From: an uncultured Actinomycetes bacterium
GTDB taxonomy: Bacteria > Actinomycetota > Thermoleophilia > UBA2241
Length of the DNA stretch: 64,000 bases
Direction of reading: 5' to 3'
Assembly: GCA_963755025.1 (NCBI GenBank)
Contig: CAVWIH010000030.1
Span: 87,490-151,489, forward strand
Shown piece after piece: positions 19,207-30,161 of this stretch (position 1 is the first letter of the stretch; every line of letters begins with the position of its first letter). The translations under genes and the position numbers were made by a program. Under the pieces are notes generated by a model. It was not told where the DNA came from. It ran no database searches and saw only the letters and a list, made by a program, of their open reading frames with translations.

Positions 19207-19991
19207 TCCCGCCACCCCGCCGCCAGCACCTCGGCCAGGTGGCGCACCTCGACGGCGTGACCGCGGCGCCGCAGCCGGCCCTCGATGTTCATGAGACAGC
19301 TCATGTCGAGCCCCACCAGCAGGTCGGCGCCGGTCGCGAGCACGCCGTCGACCTTCTCGTCGACCATGGCCGTCGAGATGCGCGCCATCTTCACGGCGAA
19401 GGTGCCGCCGAAGCCGCAGCACAGCTCGGGGTGGGCGAGCGGCCGGTACTCGAGGCCCTCGACCATGGCCAGCAGGCGCTCAGGCTGCTCGACGACGCCC
19501 AGCAGGCGGCGCGTGTGGCACGAGTGGTGGAAGGTCGCGGTAGCGCGCCGCGCCACGGGCAGCTCCTCGACGCCGAGCACGTCGACCAGGAACTCGGAGA
19601 ACTCGAAGGTGCGCGCGGCCAGCGCGGCGGCGGCCTCCTGCTCGGGCCGTCCGGCGAAGAGCCGCGGGAACCCGTCGCGCACCATGGCCGCGCACGAGCC
19701 CGAGACGGAGACCACGTACTCGCTGTCGGCGAAGGCTTGCAGAAAGGCGCGCGCGGCGCTGCGCGCCGCGCCTGCGTGGCCGGCGTTGTAGGCGGGCTGC
19801 CCGCAACAGGTCTGCCCGCCGGGAAAGTCGACCGCCACGCCGAGCCCGGCGAGCACCTCGACCGCGGCCACCCCGACGCGCGGGTAGAGCGCGTCGCCCA
19901 GGCAGGTGATCATGAGCGAGGCGCTGACCGGCGTCGCGCCGTCCGCCCGCGATGTCGGGGCCGAAAGCGGCGCGTGCGGCTCGGCGCTCAT
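19203..19991 (-). CDS. lutA: Lactate utilization protein A (CCG-domain Fe-S protein)
   Basis: ITCLGD, QTCCGQP, SGSCAAM, HHSCH, CCGFGGTFAVK, SCLMNIEG. -10 TATCAT 7 nt before the ATG (leaderless). Confidence 0.92.
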   Translation of the reverse strand: MSAEPHAPLSAPTSRADGATPVSASLMITCLGDALYPRVGVAAVEVLAGLGVAVDFPGGQTCCGQPAYNAGHAGAARSAARAFLQAFADSEYVVSVSGSCAAMVRDGFPRLFAGRPEQEAAAALAARTFEFSEFLVDVLGVEELPVARRATATFHHSCHTRRLLGVVEQPERLLAMVEGLEYRPLAHPELCCGFGGTFAVKMARISTAMVDEKVDGVLATGADLLVGLDMSCLMNIEGRLRRRGHAVEVRHLAEVLAAGWRE

Positions 19992-20091
19992 GGCTCACAT
20001 GATAGTGCTCGCCGGGCGGCGCGTCAGCGTCGCATCGGCGGTGCGCCGCCGCCGGTCGAGGCGCATGTGGACCGGCGCGACCGGGCGCGCC

Positions 20092-20454
20092 TCAGGCGGC
20101 GCGCAGCGCCGCCCCAGCGCGCCGCCTCAGCGGCCGCGAAAGCTCGCACTCGCCCCCGGCGCAGAAGCGTTCCAGGTCGATGCGCAGCGCGCTCTGCATG
20201 CGCGTCAGGGCGAACGAGCCCGTCTCCTCGCCGGTCTCGTCGACCTCGATGCTCATGCGCGACAGGCAGGGACCGATCGACTCGAACTGCACGACGTCGC
20301 GGTCGGAGTCCTTCTCGACGCGGCGCCAGCGAAACGGCATCCACTGCTCGCCGGGCTCCGACGCCGACATCAGCTCGTTCAGAAAGCCGTGCCAGTGCGC
20401 GCGGGCGGTGGCGACGGGCTCGTACACCTCGGTGCTCTCACGGATGGTGGCCAT
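20092..20454 (-). CDS. Small hypothetical protein, possibly a reduced SRPBCC/cyclase-like fold
   Basis: SD GAGGAGG; MATIRESTEVYEPV...VVQFE...DLERF resembles SRPBCC termini. Confidence 0.55.
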   Translation of the reverse strand: MATIRESTEVYEPVATARAHWHGFLNELMSASEPGEQWMPFRWRRVEKDSDRDVVQFESIGPCLSRMSIEVDETGEETGSFALTRMQSALRIDLERFCAGGECELSRPLRRRAGAALRAA

Positions 20455-20650
20455 GGCCACACCTCCTCATCTGATCGTCATGACCCTCATATGCCCGCCC
20501 GCGGCGACCTCGTCGCCGGTCGCCCGTCGCGACGGGCTCGTCCCGCGGCGCGCTCGTCGCGTGCCTGTCGCGACAGGCTCGTCGCGGCGCGCTCGGCGCG
20601 CCAGGGGCCGCGGCTCCGGCGCTCGGGCCGGGCAGCGAAGCCGGCCCGGC

Positions 20651-21783
20651 CTACGCACCCAGCGCGAACCAGTGCTCGCGATGCTCGAAGAGGTAGCGGT
20701 CGGTGAGAAAGTTCAGGATGAGGCGAGCGTGGCGAAAGTGCTCGGCCACGTAGCCGAGCACCGGCGAGAGGCCAAGCTCGCCGTGCCCGGTGGCGTCCCA
20801 GGCGAGGCCGTACGAGCGCCGGCCGGCCCATTCGAGCAGGCGCAGGTCGCCGGGCGCGCCGGGGCCGCCGGCGAGGCCGCCGCTCGCGCCGCCGCCATAC
20901 CCACGCTCGCGCCGCCGCCATACCCCACGCTCGCGCCGCCGGCGAGCTCCTGCCCGCCCGACGGCGAGGCCGCGCCGCCCACCGCGCGGCGCAGGCGCTC
21001 GACCGCGATGGGCGGCAGCGGGCGCGACGAGACGTGGTCGGGAAAGACGCCGCTCAGAAAGAGGGTCAGGTCGCCCAGGCGGCGGTAGAGCACGAGCCGT
21101 TCCTCGGGCGGCACGCTCAGGATGAGCTCGGCGAACTGCGCCGGGTCGAGCTCGCTGAAGCGGCGGTGGCGCCAGCCGCGGCGGCTCTTCACCCACAGCG
21201 CGCCGCTGGCCACGTGGGTGTACGAGGCCAGCAGGTCGGCCAGAAAGAGGCGGCGCAGCGGGTCGGCCACGAACTCGCGCAGCGGATCGACCTCGAAGAC
21301 CGGCACCGTGGAGCGCCGCCCCACGCGCTCGGGCACGAACGTGAGGCGGGCGAAGATCGCCGGCGTCTGGGCGAGCAGCACGGCAAAGGCCATGAAGGGA
21401 CCGGCCACCACGATGGGGTCGGGCCGCGCGGCGCCCAGCGCGGCCGTCGCCAGGGCCGCCCCGGCCGGCCCCGCGGCGCCGGCCGGGGCGCTCTGCGGCC
21501 GACGTCCTGTGGGCGCGCGGCCGGCAGGCCGCGCGTCATCGAGCGCGGCGGCCGGCGGCGCGCCGCTGAACGGTCCGCCGCCGGACGGTCCATCGCCGAA
21601 CGGTCCGCCGCCGAACAGCGCCGCGAACACGTCGGCGCGGGCCAGCAGGCCGTCGATGTCGGCGGGCCGCGCGCGCAACCGGGCGGCGCGCTGCTGCCGC
21701 GTGCCCGCCACGCCGGCGGCCTGGGCGAGCAGCGCAAGGTCGGCGTCGGAGAGGCGTTCGAGGAGGAGCAGATCAGCCAGCAT
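20651..21783 (-). CDS. Hypothetical protein, frameshifted in a 24-bp repeat
   Basis: Globular-looking segments LFLADLLASYTHV, LYRRLGDLTLFLSGVFPD, LNFLTDRYLF, interrupted by Gly/Pro repeats. Confidence 0.65.
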
Positions 21784-21965
21784 GAGAGCCTTGTTCCCGC
21801 TCGGCGCGTTCGTGGTGCAGCCGGGCGGCCGGGCGGCGCCCGGCGTGCGCCCCCGCCGACGCTCCCTGCGACCCCCCAACGCACCGCCGAACCCTCCCGC
21901 GCCGACCCGCTTCGCACTATCATGGGGCTGGTCGACGAGAAGTCGGGTCAGGCCGGGAGCGACAC

Positions 21966-23132
21966 ATGGTCCACAGCGACACGGCTAAGGGCATCCGCAT
22001 TGCGCAGTCGTGCGCGTCCGACCCGCGCGCCGCGGTCAAGGAGTTCCACGCCCAGGTCGCGCAGCCCGACATGGCGCTCGTCATCTTCTTCTGCTCCGAC
22101 GAGTACGACCGCGCCATCCTCGCCCGCGAGATGAGCCGCCGCTTCGCCGGCGTGCAGGTCGTGGGCTGCACGACCGCCGGCGAGATCGGCCCCAACGGCT
22201 GCCGCGACCACAGCATCGCCGGCGTGAGCCTCGCCGCGAGCGTCTGCACGGCCACCAGCGGCGTCGTCGAGCACCTGCAGCAGTTCGAGTTAGACGAAGG
22301 CCGCCTGGTCGCCCACGAGCTGCTCTACCGGCTCGAGGACAGCGCGCCCGGCGCCGACCGCCGCAACAGCTTCGCCTTTTTGCTCATCGACGGCCTCTCC
22401 GTGCGCGAGGAGCTCGTGGCGCACGCGCTCCAGGACGCGCTGGGCGAGATCCCGGTCGTGGGCGGCTCCGCCGGCAACGGCCTCAGCTTCGCCAACACCT
22501 ACATCTACTCCGAGAAGCGCTTTTACGCCGACAGCGCCGCCCTGATCGTGGTGAGCACGCCGCTGCCGATACGCACGTTCAAGACGCAGCACTTCCTGCC
22601 CACCGACGAGCGCCTCGTGGTCACCGAGGCCGACCCCGTGCAGCGCATCGTGCGCGAGATCAACGGCCTGCCGGCCGCCGGCGAGTACGCCCGCACGCTG
22701 GGCGTGGCGGCGGGCGACCTCGGTCCGCTGCACTTCGCGTCGTCGCCGGTCGTCGTGCTGATCGACGGCGACTACTACGTGCGCTCCATCCAGAAGGTCA
22801 ACCCCGACGGCAGCCTCACCTTCTTCTGCGCCATCGAGGCCGGCGTCGTGCTGCGCGTGGCCAAGGGCGTCGACCTCATCGCCAACCTGGAAGACGCGCT
22901 GGCGCAGCTGCGCGAGCAGATCGGCCCGCTGCAGCTCGTGCTCACCTGCGACTGCATATTGCGCAAGCTCGAGATCGTCGAGAGCGGCCTGACCGACCGC
23001 GTCGGCGACATCCTGCGGGCCAACAACGCGGTCGGCTTCAACACCTACGGCGAGCAGTTCTGCGGCGTGCACGTCAACCAGACGCTGACCGGGGTCGCCC
23101 TGGGCTCCGGCGCAGCGGACCACGGTGCCTGA
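21966..23132 (+). CDS. nosP: FIST-N/FIST-C domain sensor, NosP-like
   Basis: FFCSDEYD, VVGCTTAGEIG, LLIDGLSVREE, GGSAG, REINGLPAA, YYVRSIQ, LTFFCAIEAG, CDCILR, GFNTYGEQ..HVNQT. Intact, 388 aa. Confidence 0.88.
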   Translation: MVHSDTAKGIRIAQSCASDPRAAVKEFHAQVAQPDMALVIFFCSDEYDRAILAREMSRRFAGVQVVGCTTAGEIGPNGCRDHSIAGVSLAASVCTATSGVVEHLQQFELDEGRLVAHELLYRLEDSAPGADRRNSFAFLLIDGLSVREELVAHALQDALGEIPVVGGSAGNGLSFANTYIYSEKRFYADSAALIVVSTPLPIRTFKTQHFLPTDERLVVTEADPVQRIVREINGLPAAGEYARTLGVAAGDLGPLHFASSPVVVLIDGDYYVRSIQKVNPDGSLTFFCAIEAGVVLRVAKGVDLIANLEDALAQLREQIGPLQLVLTCDCILRKLEIVESGLTDRVGDILRANNAVGFNTYGEQFCGVHVNQTLTGVALGSGAADHGA

Positions 23133-24715
23133 AGCGCGGCGGCCGGGCGCCGGCGACGCCGCGCGGTCCGGCGACGCCGCGCGGCCTGGCGATTGTACGG
23201 CCCGGCCGGGGAGCGCCGCGCGGCCGGGCGCCGGCGAGGTGGCCGCCCTGCAGGCGGAGATCGTGCGCCTCAACAAGGTCGTGCAGGCGCTCATGGACCG
23301 CGCCGAGGCGGCGACCAGCACGCAGGGCTCGGGCTACGGCCTGTTCCAGACCACCGTGCTGCTGCAAAAGCAGGTCCGCCTGCGCACGCAAGAGGCCGAG
23401 GCCGCCCTGCGCGACAACGAGCGGGCCTCCAGCAGCCTCGCCGGCCTCGGCCTCGAGAGACATGCACGCCCTGCGCCGTACGGCCGCCCTGCAGATCCAG
23501 CTGCTCGAGCTGCTCGTGCAGCAGAAGGACCTGGGCGAGCTGATCGACCGCGTGGCCACGCTGCTCGACATGCCGATCGTGCTCTTCGACGCCCACGGCC
23601 GCACCCTGCACAGCTCGCGCGGCGCCGACTCGCCGGGCCTGGCGCGCCGGCTGTGGTCGGCCTACGCCGCGCGGCGCGGCCCGTCGGCCCCGCTGGGCCG
23701 GGCCGACGGCGGCGGCGGCGAGCGCCTCTACTACCACGACATCCTGGTGATGGACCGCGTCGAGCGCGTGCTGGCGGCCGTGGCCCCGGCCCGCCAGGCG
23801 CCCGAGTTCGCCGACGCCTCGCTCGCCTTTTTGCAGCAGCTCGTCACGCTCGACGTGCTGCGCCGCCGCGACGAGCTCGCCATGGACCGCCGCGAACGCC
23901 GCCACCTGCTGGGCGAGGTGCTGGCCGGCGACGGCACGCCCGACGAGCTGCGGGCGCGCCTGGCCGACCAGGGCTTCGACCACGACAGCGTCTGGCGCGT
24001 CGTGGTCGTCGAGCTGCGCGCCGCGCCGGCCCCGCCCGAGGGCGCGCCCAGCGCGCGGGCCGCCAAGCGCCTGGCCGACAGGCTGCTGCGCGCCGTCGAC
24101 GACGCCCTGAGCCGGCGCCACGCGCCGTTTCTGAGCATGCCCATGGGCTCGTTCGCCGTGGTGCTCGCGACGCTGCCCGACGGCCGGCCCGAGACGGCCG
24201 CCGCGCTGCTCGCCGACCTGCGCGACGCGACCGCCAAAGCGGTCGCGCCCGAGCAGGTCGTGGTCGGCTGCTCGACGCCGCTCTCCGGCGCCGGCGGCGC
24301 GCCGCGCGGCCTGCAGCAGGCGCACGCCGCCTGCATCGCGGCGCGCCACGACCCCGCCGCCGGCGGCGTCGTGCTGTTCGACGGCTTGAGCGGTCAGTTC
24401 CGGCTGCTCGACGGGCTCGACGAGGAGACCCTGGCCGACATCGTCGAGCGCACCTTCGCGCCGCTGCTGGGCTACGACGCCCAGCACCGCACGCGGCTCT
24501 TCGAGACCCTCGAGACGCTGTTCGAGCACCGCCTCGCCGTGCAGGAGACCGCCGACCTGCTGCACGTGCACCGCAACACGCTGCAGAAGCGCCTGGCGCA
24601 CGTCGAGCAGCTCCTCGGCGTCGACCTGAGCGACCTCGACGACATCGTCGACATACGGCTCGGCCTGCACGCCGCCGAGCTGCTCGGCAAGCGCCCCTCC
24701 GCGGCCACCGAGTAG
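23125..24715 (+). CDS. PucR/CdaR-family transcriptional regulator with an N-terminal NosP-partner-type coiled coil; one indel near 23445
   Basis: N-term EIVRLNKVVQALMDRAE..GYGLFQTTVLLQKQVRLRT; then DLGELIDRVATLLDMPIVLFD, VVGCS, and C-terminal HTH TADLLHVHRNTLQKRL. Overlaps the nosP stop by 8 nt. Confidence 0.8.
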
Positions 24716-24960
24716 CGGCCGCGCGCGCCGTCGCGGCAGCGACGGCGCCGACTCGCGGCCGCGACGGCGCCGCGCCTGCGACTGCGGTCGCTCGCGCGCA
24801 CGGCCCGCGCCCGCGCCGCCCGCAGGTGTGCGCGCGCCCACCTCACGCCTGAGGAGTGGTCGCGCGGCGACTCGAATACGCCGTCTGTCGGCGTCATCGT
24901 TCGGTGTACCTCGCCAAGGCGACAGCTCGCCGCCGCAACCACATCTTCGAGGAGGCATCG

Positions 24961-26495
<1,535 letters not shown>

Positions 26496-26596
26496 GAGAC
26501 GCCTGCAAGGGCATCTTGGGAGTTGAAGGCTGAGAACTGACGGCTGCGGGCTGAGAGAAGCCCGCAGCAGGCTCGCAGCACGTAAGGAGCACGGAC

Positions 26597-26943
26597 ATGA
26601 GCGAACCGGTCCCCGTTCCCGCCGTGGTGGCCACGCCCGAGGCCCTGGCCGCGGTGGCCCGCCTCGTCGCCGAACGGGGGCCGGTCATGTTCTTCCAGTC
26701 GGGAGGCTGCTGCGACGGCAGCCTCCCGATGTGCTTCGACGACGGCGAGTTCCTGATCGGCGACCACGACGTGCTGCTGGGCACGCTGGGCGGCGCCCCT
26801 TCTACATCGACCCCCGCCAGTACGAGGTCTGGAAGCACACCCAGCTCATCCTCGACGTCGGCGAGGGCGCGCCCGAGGGCTTCTCGCTGGCCGCCGGCCC
26901 CGACACGCACTTCATCACGCGCTCGCGCATGTGCATGCCGTAG
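26597..26943 (+). CDS. DUF779 family protein, frameshifted
   Basis: GPVMFFQSGGCCDGSLPMC, QYEVWKHTQLILDV..GFSL; the usual downstream partner of AldB. Confidence 0.9.
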
Positions 26944-27029
26944 GCGCAGGCGCGACGCCCGGCCCGAGGGCGGCGCGGGCGTGTCGCCCGGCCCAAGGGC
27001 GGCGCAGACGTGTCGCCCGGCCCAAGCGC
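26943..27029. repeat. Three 29-bp tandem repeats between convergent genes
   Basis: Consensus GGCGCAGGCGTGTCGCCCGGCCCAAGGGC; units at 26943, 26972 and 27001, no spacers. Confidence 0.85.
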
Positions 27030-27051
27030 CGCGCCGCCGACCGGCGCCCGG

Positions 27052-27370
27052 CTACCTGCGCCAGTCGCACTCCGCCACGCGGCCGCCGCTCACGACGACC
27101 CCGCGCGCGTAGGCCTCGTCGTCTAACCACAGCGTATAGGTGCCCTCGCGCAGGCCGTCGAAGGCGGCCGCGTACACCACCCGGCCGCCGCCCGTGGGGC
27201 GTTCCAGGACCTCCTTGTGCCGGCGCTCGTCGTCGTGGCCACTCGGGCTCGATCTCGATCTCGCTGCCGAGCAGGTCGGGGTCGGTGTAGAGCACCAGCG
27301 CCCCGGTCTCGTCGCCGATCTCGAGCACCACGTGTTCGGAGTGCGGTCGCCGTGGCCCGTGTTCGCTCAT
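27052..27370 (-). CDS. Small hypothetical protein (beta-sandwich-like), frameshifted
   Basis: SD GGAGG; HSEHVVLEIGDETGALVLYT...HKEVLER..YAAAFDGLREGTYTLW..GGRVAECDW. Confidence 0.65.
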
Positions 27371-27681
27371 CGCGCCTCCGCCCGGGGCGGGCGCCCGGCC
27401 GCTGCAGCCGCCGGGCGCCCCGTTCGGCCGGTCGTGGCGAGCGCCGCTCAAGGACGCCGGGGTCACGCGTCCGTGCCGGCGCTCGCTACCGGCCCTGTTG
27501 TCGACCTCTTCCTGTCGGCTCCTCTGCCGGGACAGGGCGTACGCCCACCCGACGTCGGCCCGACCGATGCCGAGACGATCTTCGACCGGATTCCGCCCTG
27601 CGGGCGGGAAGAGCGCCCCCCTGCGAACAAGCCCCCGCAAACGCGAGGCGTCCTACCCGGACGGGCGGGGGCAAAACCATT

Positions 27682-27716
27682 GGGGGCGGCGGGCGGCAAA
27701 GCCGCCCGCCGCCCCC
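27682..27716 (-). terminator. Intrinsic terminator after the MFS gene
   Basis: Perfect 16-bp stem GGGGGCGGCGGGCGGC with a 3-nt loop, followed on the minus strand by AATGGTTTT. Confidence 0.7.
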
Positions 27717-27792
27717 GCCTTAGGTGGAAGGAAGACGCTCGTGAGTCGGGCCTCCGGGCGAGCTCGCCTGCGAGCCCGCCCGGAGCCATCCG

Positions 27793-29337
27793 TCACCCGA
27801 TCATGCGCTCCTCGTCGTCGACGCGCACCGGCACGAGCGCGGGCTCGCCGGGCTGACCGGCGCCGAAGCCGGCCTCGCCGCCGCGGCCGTCGCCGAGTGC
27901 GGCGCCCGCGCGGCCGTCGCCGACGCGCGCGCCGCTCTCGCCCTCGCCGGGCAGGTACGAGACCGAGTCGACCACGTCCTGCTTGGGCGGGATGGCGATG
28001 GCCGCGAAGGTGGCCACGCCCACGGCCGCCGTGCCGACCCACAGGGCCGCCGTCAGGCCGTGCACGAACGAGATCGGCGTGAGGTAGCTGCCGGCCGCCG
28101 CGAACACGCTGGCCAGCACGGCCACGCCGAACACGCCGCCGACCTCGCGCATGGTGTTGTTCACGCCAGACGCCTTGCCCTCTTCGTCGCGGCGCACGCT
28201 CGACAGCACCAGGTTGGCGACCGGCGCGAAGTAGAGGCTCATGCCCACGCCGGCCATCACGAAGGCCGGGACGAGGTTGGCGTAGGGCACGGTCGGCGAC
28301 GAGATCGCCGCCAGCCAGCCCAGGGCGCCGGCCATCAGGGCCATGCCGGCGATGAGCAGCGGCCGGCTGCCGATGCGGTCAGAGAGGATGCCGGCGATGG
28401 GCGCCACCAGCATGGGCATGGCGGTCCAGGGCAGCGTGCGCAGGCCGGCCTGCAGGGGCGTGTAACCCTGCACGATCTGGAAGAACTGCGCCAGCAGGAA
28501 GATCGAGCCGAACATGCCGAAGCTCATGAACACCGAGGTCAGGTTGGCGGCCGCGAAGGCGCGCCGGCGGAAGAAGCGCATGGGCACCATGGGCTCCTCG
28601 GCGCGCAGCTCCCAGGCGACGAAGCCCGCCACCAGCACCGCGCCGACGATCATGGGCGGCAGCACGCCGAGGCTGGTCCAGCCGTGGGCGTTGCCGCGCA
28701 CCAGACCCCAGACGATGCCGAACAGGCCGCTGCTCACCAGGGCCAGTCCGCGCAGGTCGAGCGAGCGGTTGGCGCCGCGCGTCTCGGTCAGGCGCAGATA
28801 GGCGAAGGGCAGCAGGGCCAGGCCGATGGGCACGTTCACCCAGAAGATGAACTGCCAGGAAAATCCGTCGACGATGGCGCCGCCGATGACCGGCCCGAGG
28901 GCCACGGCCAGGCCGGCGGTGCCGCTCCAGATGCCGAGCGCCAGGCCGCGGCGGGCCGGCGGCACGGCCGCCGAGAGAATGGTGAGCGTCAGCGGCGTGA
29001 CGATGGCGCCGCCCACGCCCTGCAGCGCGCGCGCCGCGATGAGGGCGCCGATGCTGGGCGCCACGGCCGCCGCGGCCGAACCCAGCGTGAAGATGGTGAG
29101 GCCGACCAGGAACATGCGCTTGCGGCCAAAGCGGTCGCCCAGCGCGGCGCCGGTCAGTAGCAGGACGGCGAAGGTCAGCGTGTAGGCGTTGACGGTCCAC
29201 TCGAGGCCCGAGAGCCCCGCTCCCAGGTCGTGCTTGATCACGGGCAGCGCGGTGGTCACGACGAGGTTGTCGAGCGAGACCATGAACACCGCGACCGACG
29301 TGATGATGAAGGTCCAGATGGTGGCTCTCCGGCTCAT
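27793..29337 (-). CDS. DHA2 (EmrB/QacA) family MFS efflux transporter
   Basis: FMVSLDNLVVTTALP, GAALGDRFGRKR, WQFIFWVNVPIG; about 14 hydrophobic segments. Confidence 0.93.
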   Translation of the reverse strand: MSRRATIWTFIITSVAVFMVSLDNLVVTTALPVIKHDLGAGLSGLEWTVNAYTLTFAVLLLTGAALGDRFGRKRMFLVGLTIFTLGSAAAAVAPSIGALIAARALQGVGGAIVTPLTLTILSAAVPPARRGLALGIWSGTAGLAVALGPVIGGAIVDGFSWQFIFWVNVPIGLALLPFAYLRLTETRGANRSLDLRGLALVSSGLFGIVWGLVRGNAHGWTSLGVLPPMIVGAVLVAGFVAWELRAEEPMVPMRFFRRRAFAAANLTSVFMSFGMFGSIFLLAQFFQIVQGYTPLQAGLRTLPWTAMPMLVAPIAGILSDRIGSRPLLIAGMALMAGALGWLAAISSPTVPYANLVPAFVMAGVGMSLYFAPVANLVLSSVRRDEEGKASGVNNTMREVGGVFGVAVLASVFAAAGSYLTPISFVHGLTAALWVGTAAVGVATFAAIAIPPKQDVVDSVSYLPGEGESGARVGDGRAGAALGDGRGGEAGFGAGQPGEPALVPVRVDDEERMIG

Positions 29338-29409
29338 CGCGTCATCTCCCTTCCGATTGCTTATGCTTTGCTCTGACGAACCGACGTGGTGTCGATCTGG
29401 TGTCTAGTG

Positions 29410-29426
29410 AGTTAGTAATCGCTTAG
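29410..29426. promoter_or_regulatory. Candidate TetR operator upstream of the MFS gene
   Basis: AGTTAGTAATCGCTTAG resembles AGTTAGCGGTCACTAAA upstream of tetR. Confidence 0.4.
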
Positions 29427-29494
29427 TTTTGAGGCGAAAAAAAGAGAGGTGGCTCCGCCCGCGAGGTGCGTGCGGCGGCGCCTTAGGAACAGCT

Positions 29495-30117
29495 TCAGGC
29501 GCCGCCTCCCTTCCGGAGATTCTTCTTGAGCAGCCCGTGGAACTGGGCGAACTTGTCGACGACGAAGTGGCCGGTGCACATGCGGGCCCAGTCTTCGTCG
29601 ACCTGGCCCAGGTCCATGGCCGCGGCGGCGTTCATGAGCATGCCCTCGGCCAGCCAGGGCCGCACCGCTTCGTCGGGCGCTCCCGAGGCCGACTGCACGA
29701 AGCGCACGAGGCGCAGGAACTCCTCGCGCACGGCCGCGCGCACGTCGGGGTCTTCGCAGGCCGCGTGAGCCTGAAGTTGCATGAGCAAGAGCGTGCGGTC
29801 GGTCTCGAGCAGGTTGGCGTAGGCGAGGCCCATGGTCATGAGCACGTCTTCGGTAGAAGCGTCGGGGCCAGCCTCGGCGGCGGCGGTGCGGAAGGTCGCC
29901 ACCGTGCGCTCGAACGAGCGCCGCACGGCCGCGATGAAGAGGTCTTTCTTGGTGCCGAAGAGCTGGAAGAGGTAGGGCTGCGACACCCCGACCCGCTTGG
30001 CGATCGCCGTGACCGGCGTGCCGTAGAGCCCGCCGACGGCGAACTCGCGGGTGGCCGCCTCGATGATCTCGCGGCGGCGCTCCTCTTGGTCGATCTGGTC
30101 GAGGTCATCTCACTCAT
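29495..30117 (-). CDS. TetR/AcrR family regulator, frameshifted near the N-terminus
   Basis: ERRREIIEAATREFAVGGLYGTPVTAIAKRVGVSQPYLFQLFGTKKDLF. Extended -10 TGGTATACT 7 nt before the ATG. Confidence 0.88.
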
Positions 30118-30124
30118 GGCGCGG

Positions 30125-30152
30125 AGTATACCATAAGTTAGCGGTCACTAAA
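30125..30152 (-). promoter_or_regulatory. tetR leaderless promoter with palindromic operator
   Basis: -10 TATACT (30125-30130); TTAG-CGGTCA-CTAA at 30138-30151. Confidence 0.55.
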
Positions 30153-30161
30153 CCAAAGCCG

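Noticed and set aside
26943-27029. 29-bp repeats (also the 35-bp and 20-bp arrays) as a CRISPR array
   Set aside because: The units are directly adjacent with no unique spacers, and no cas genes are present.
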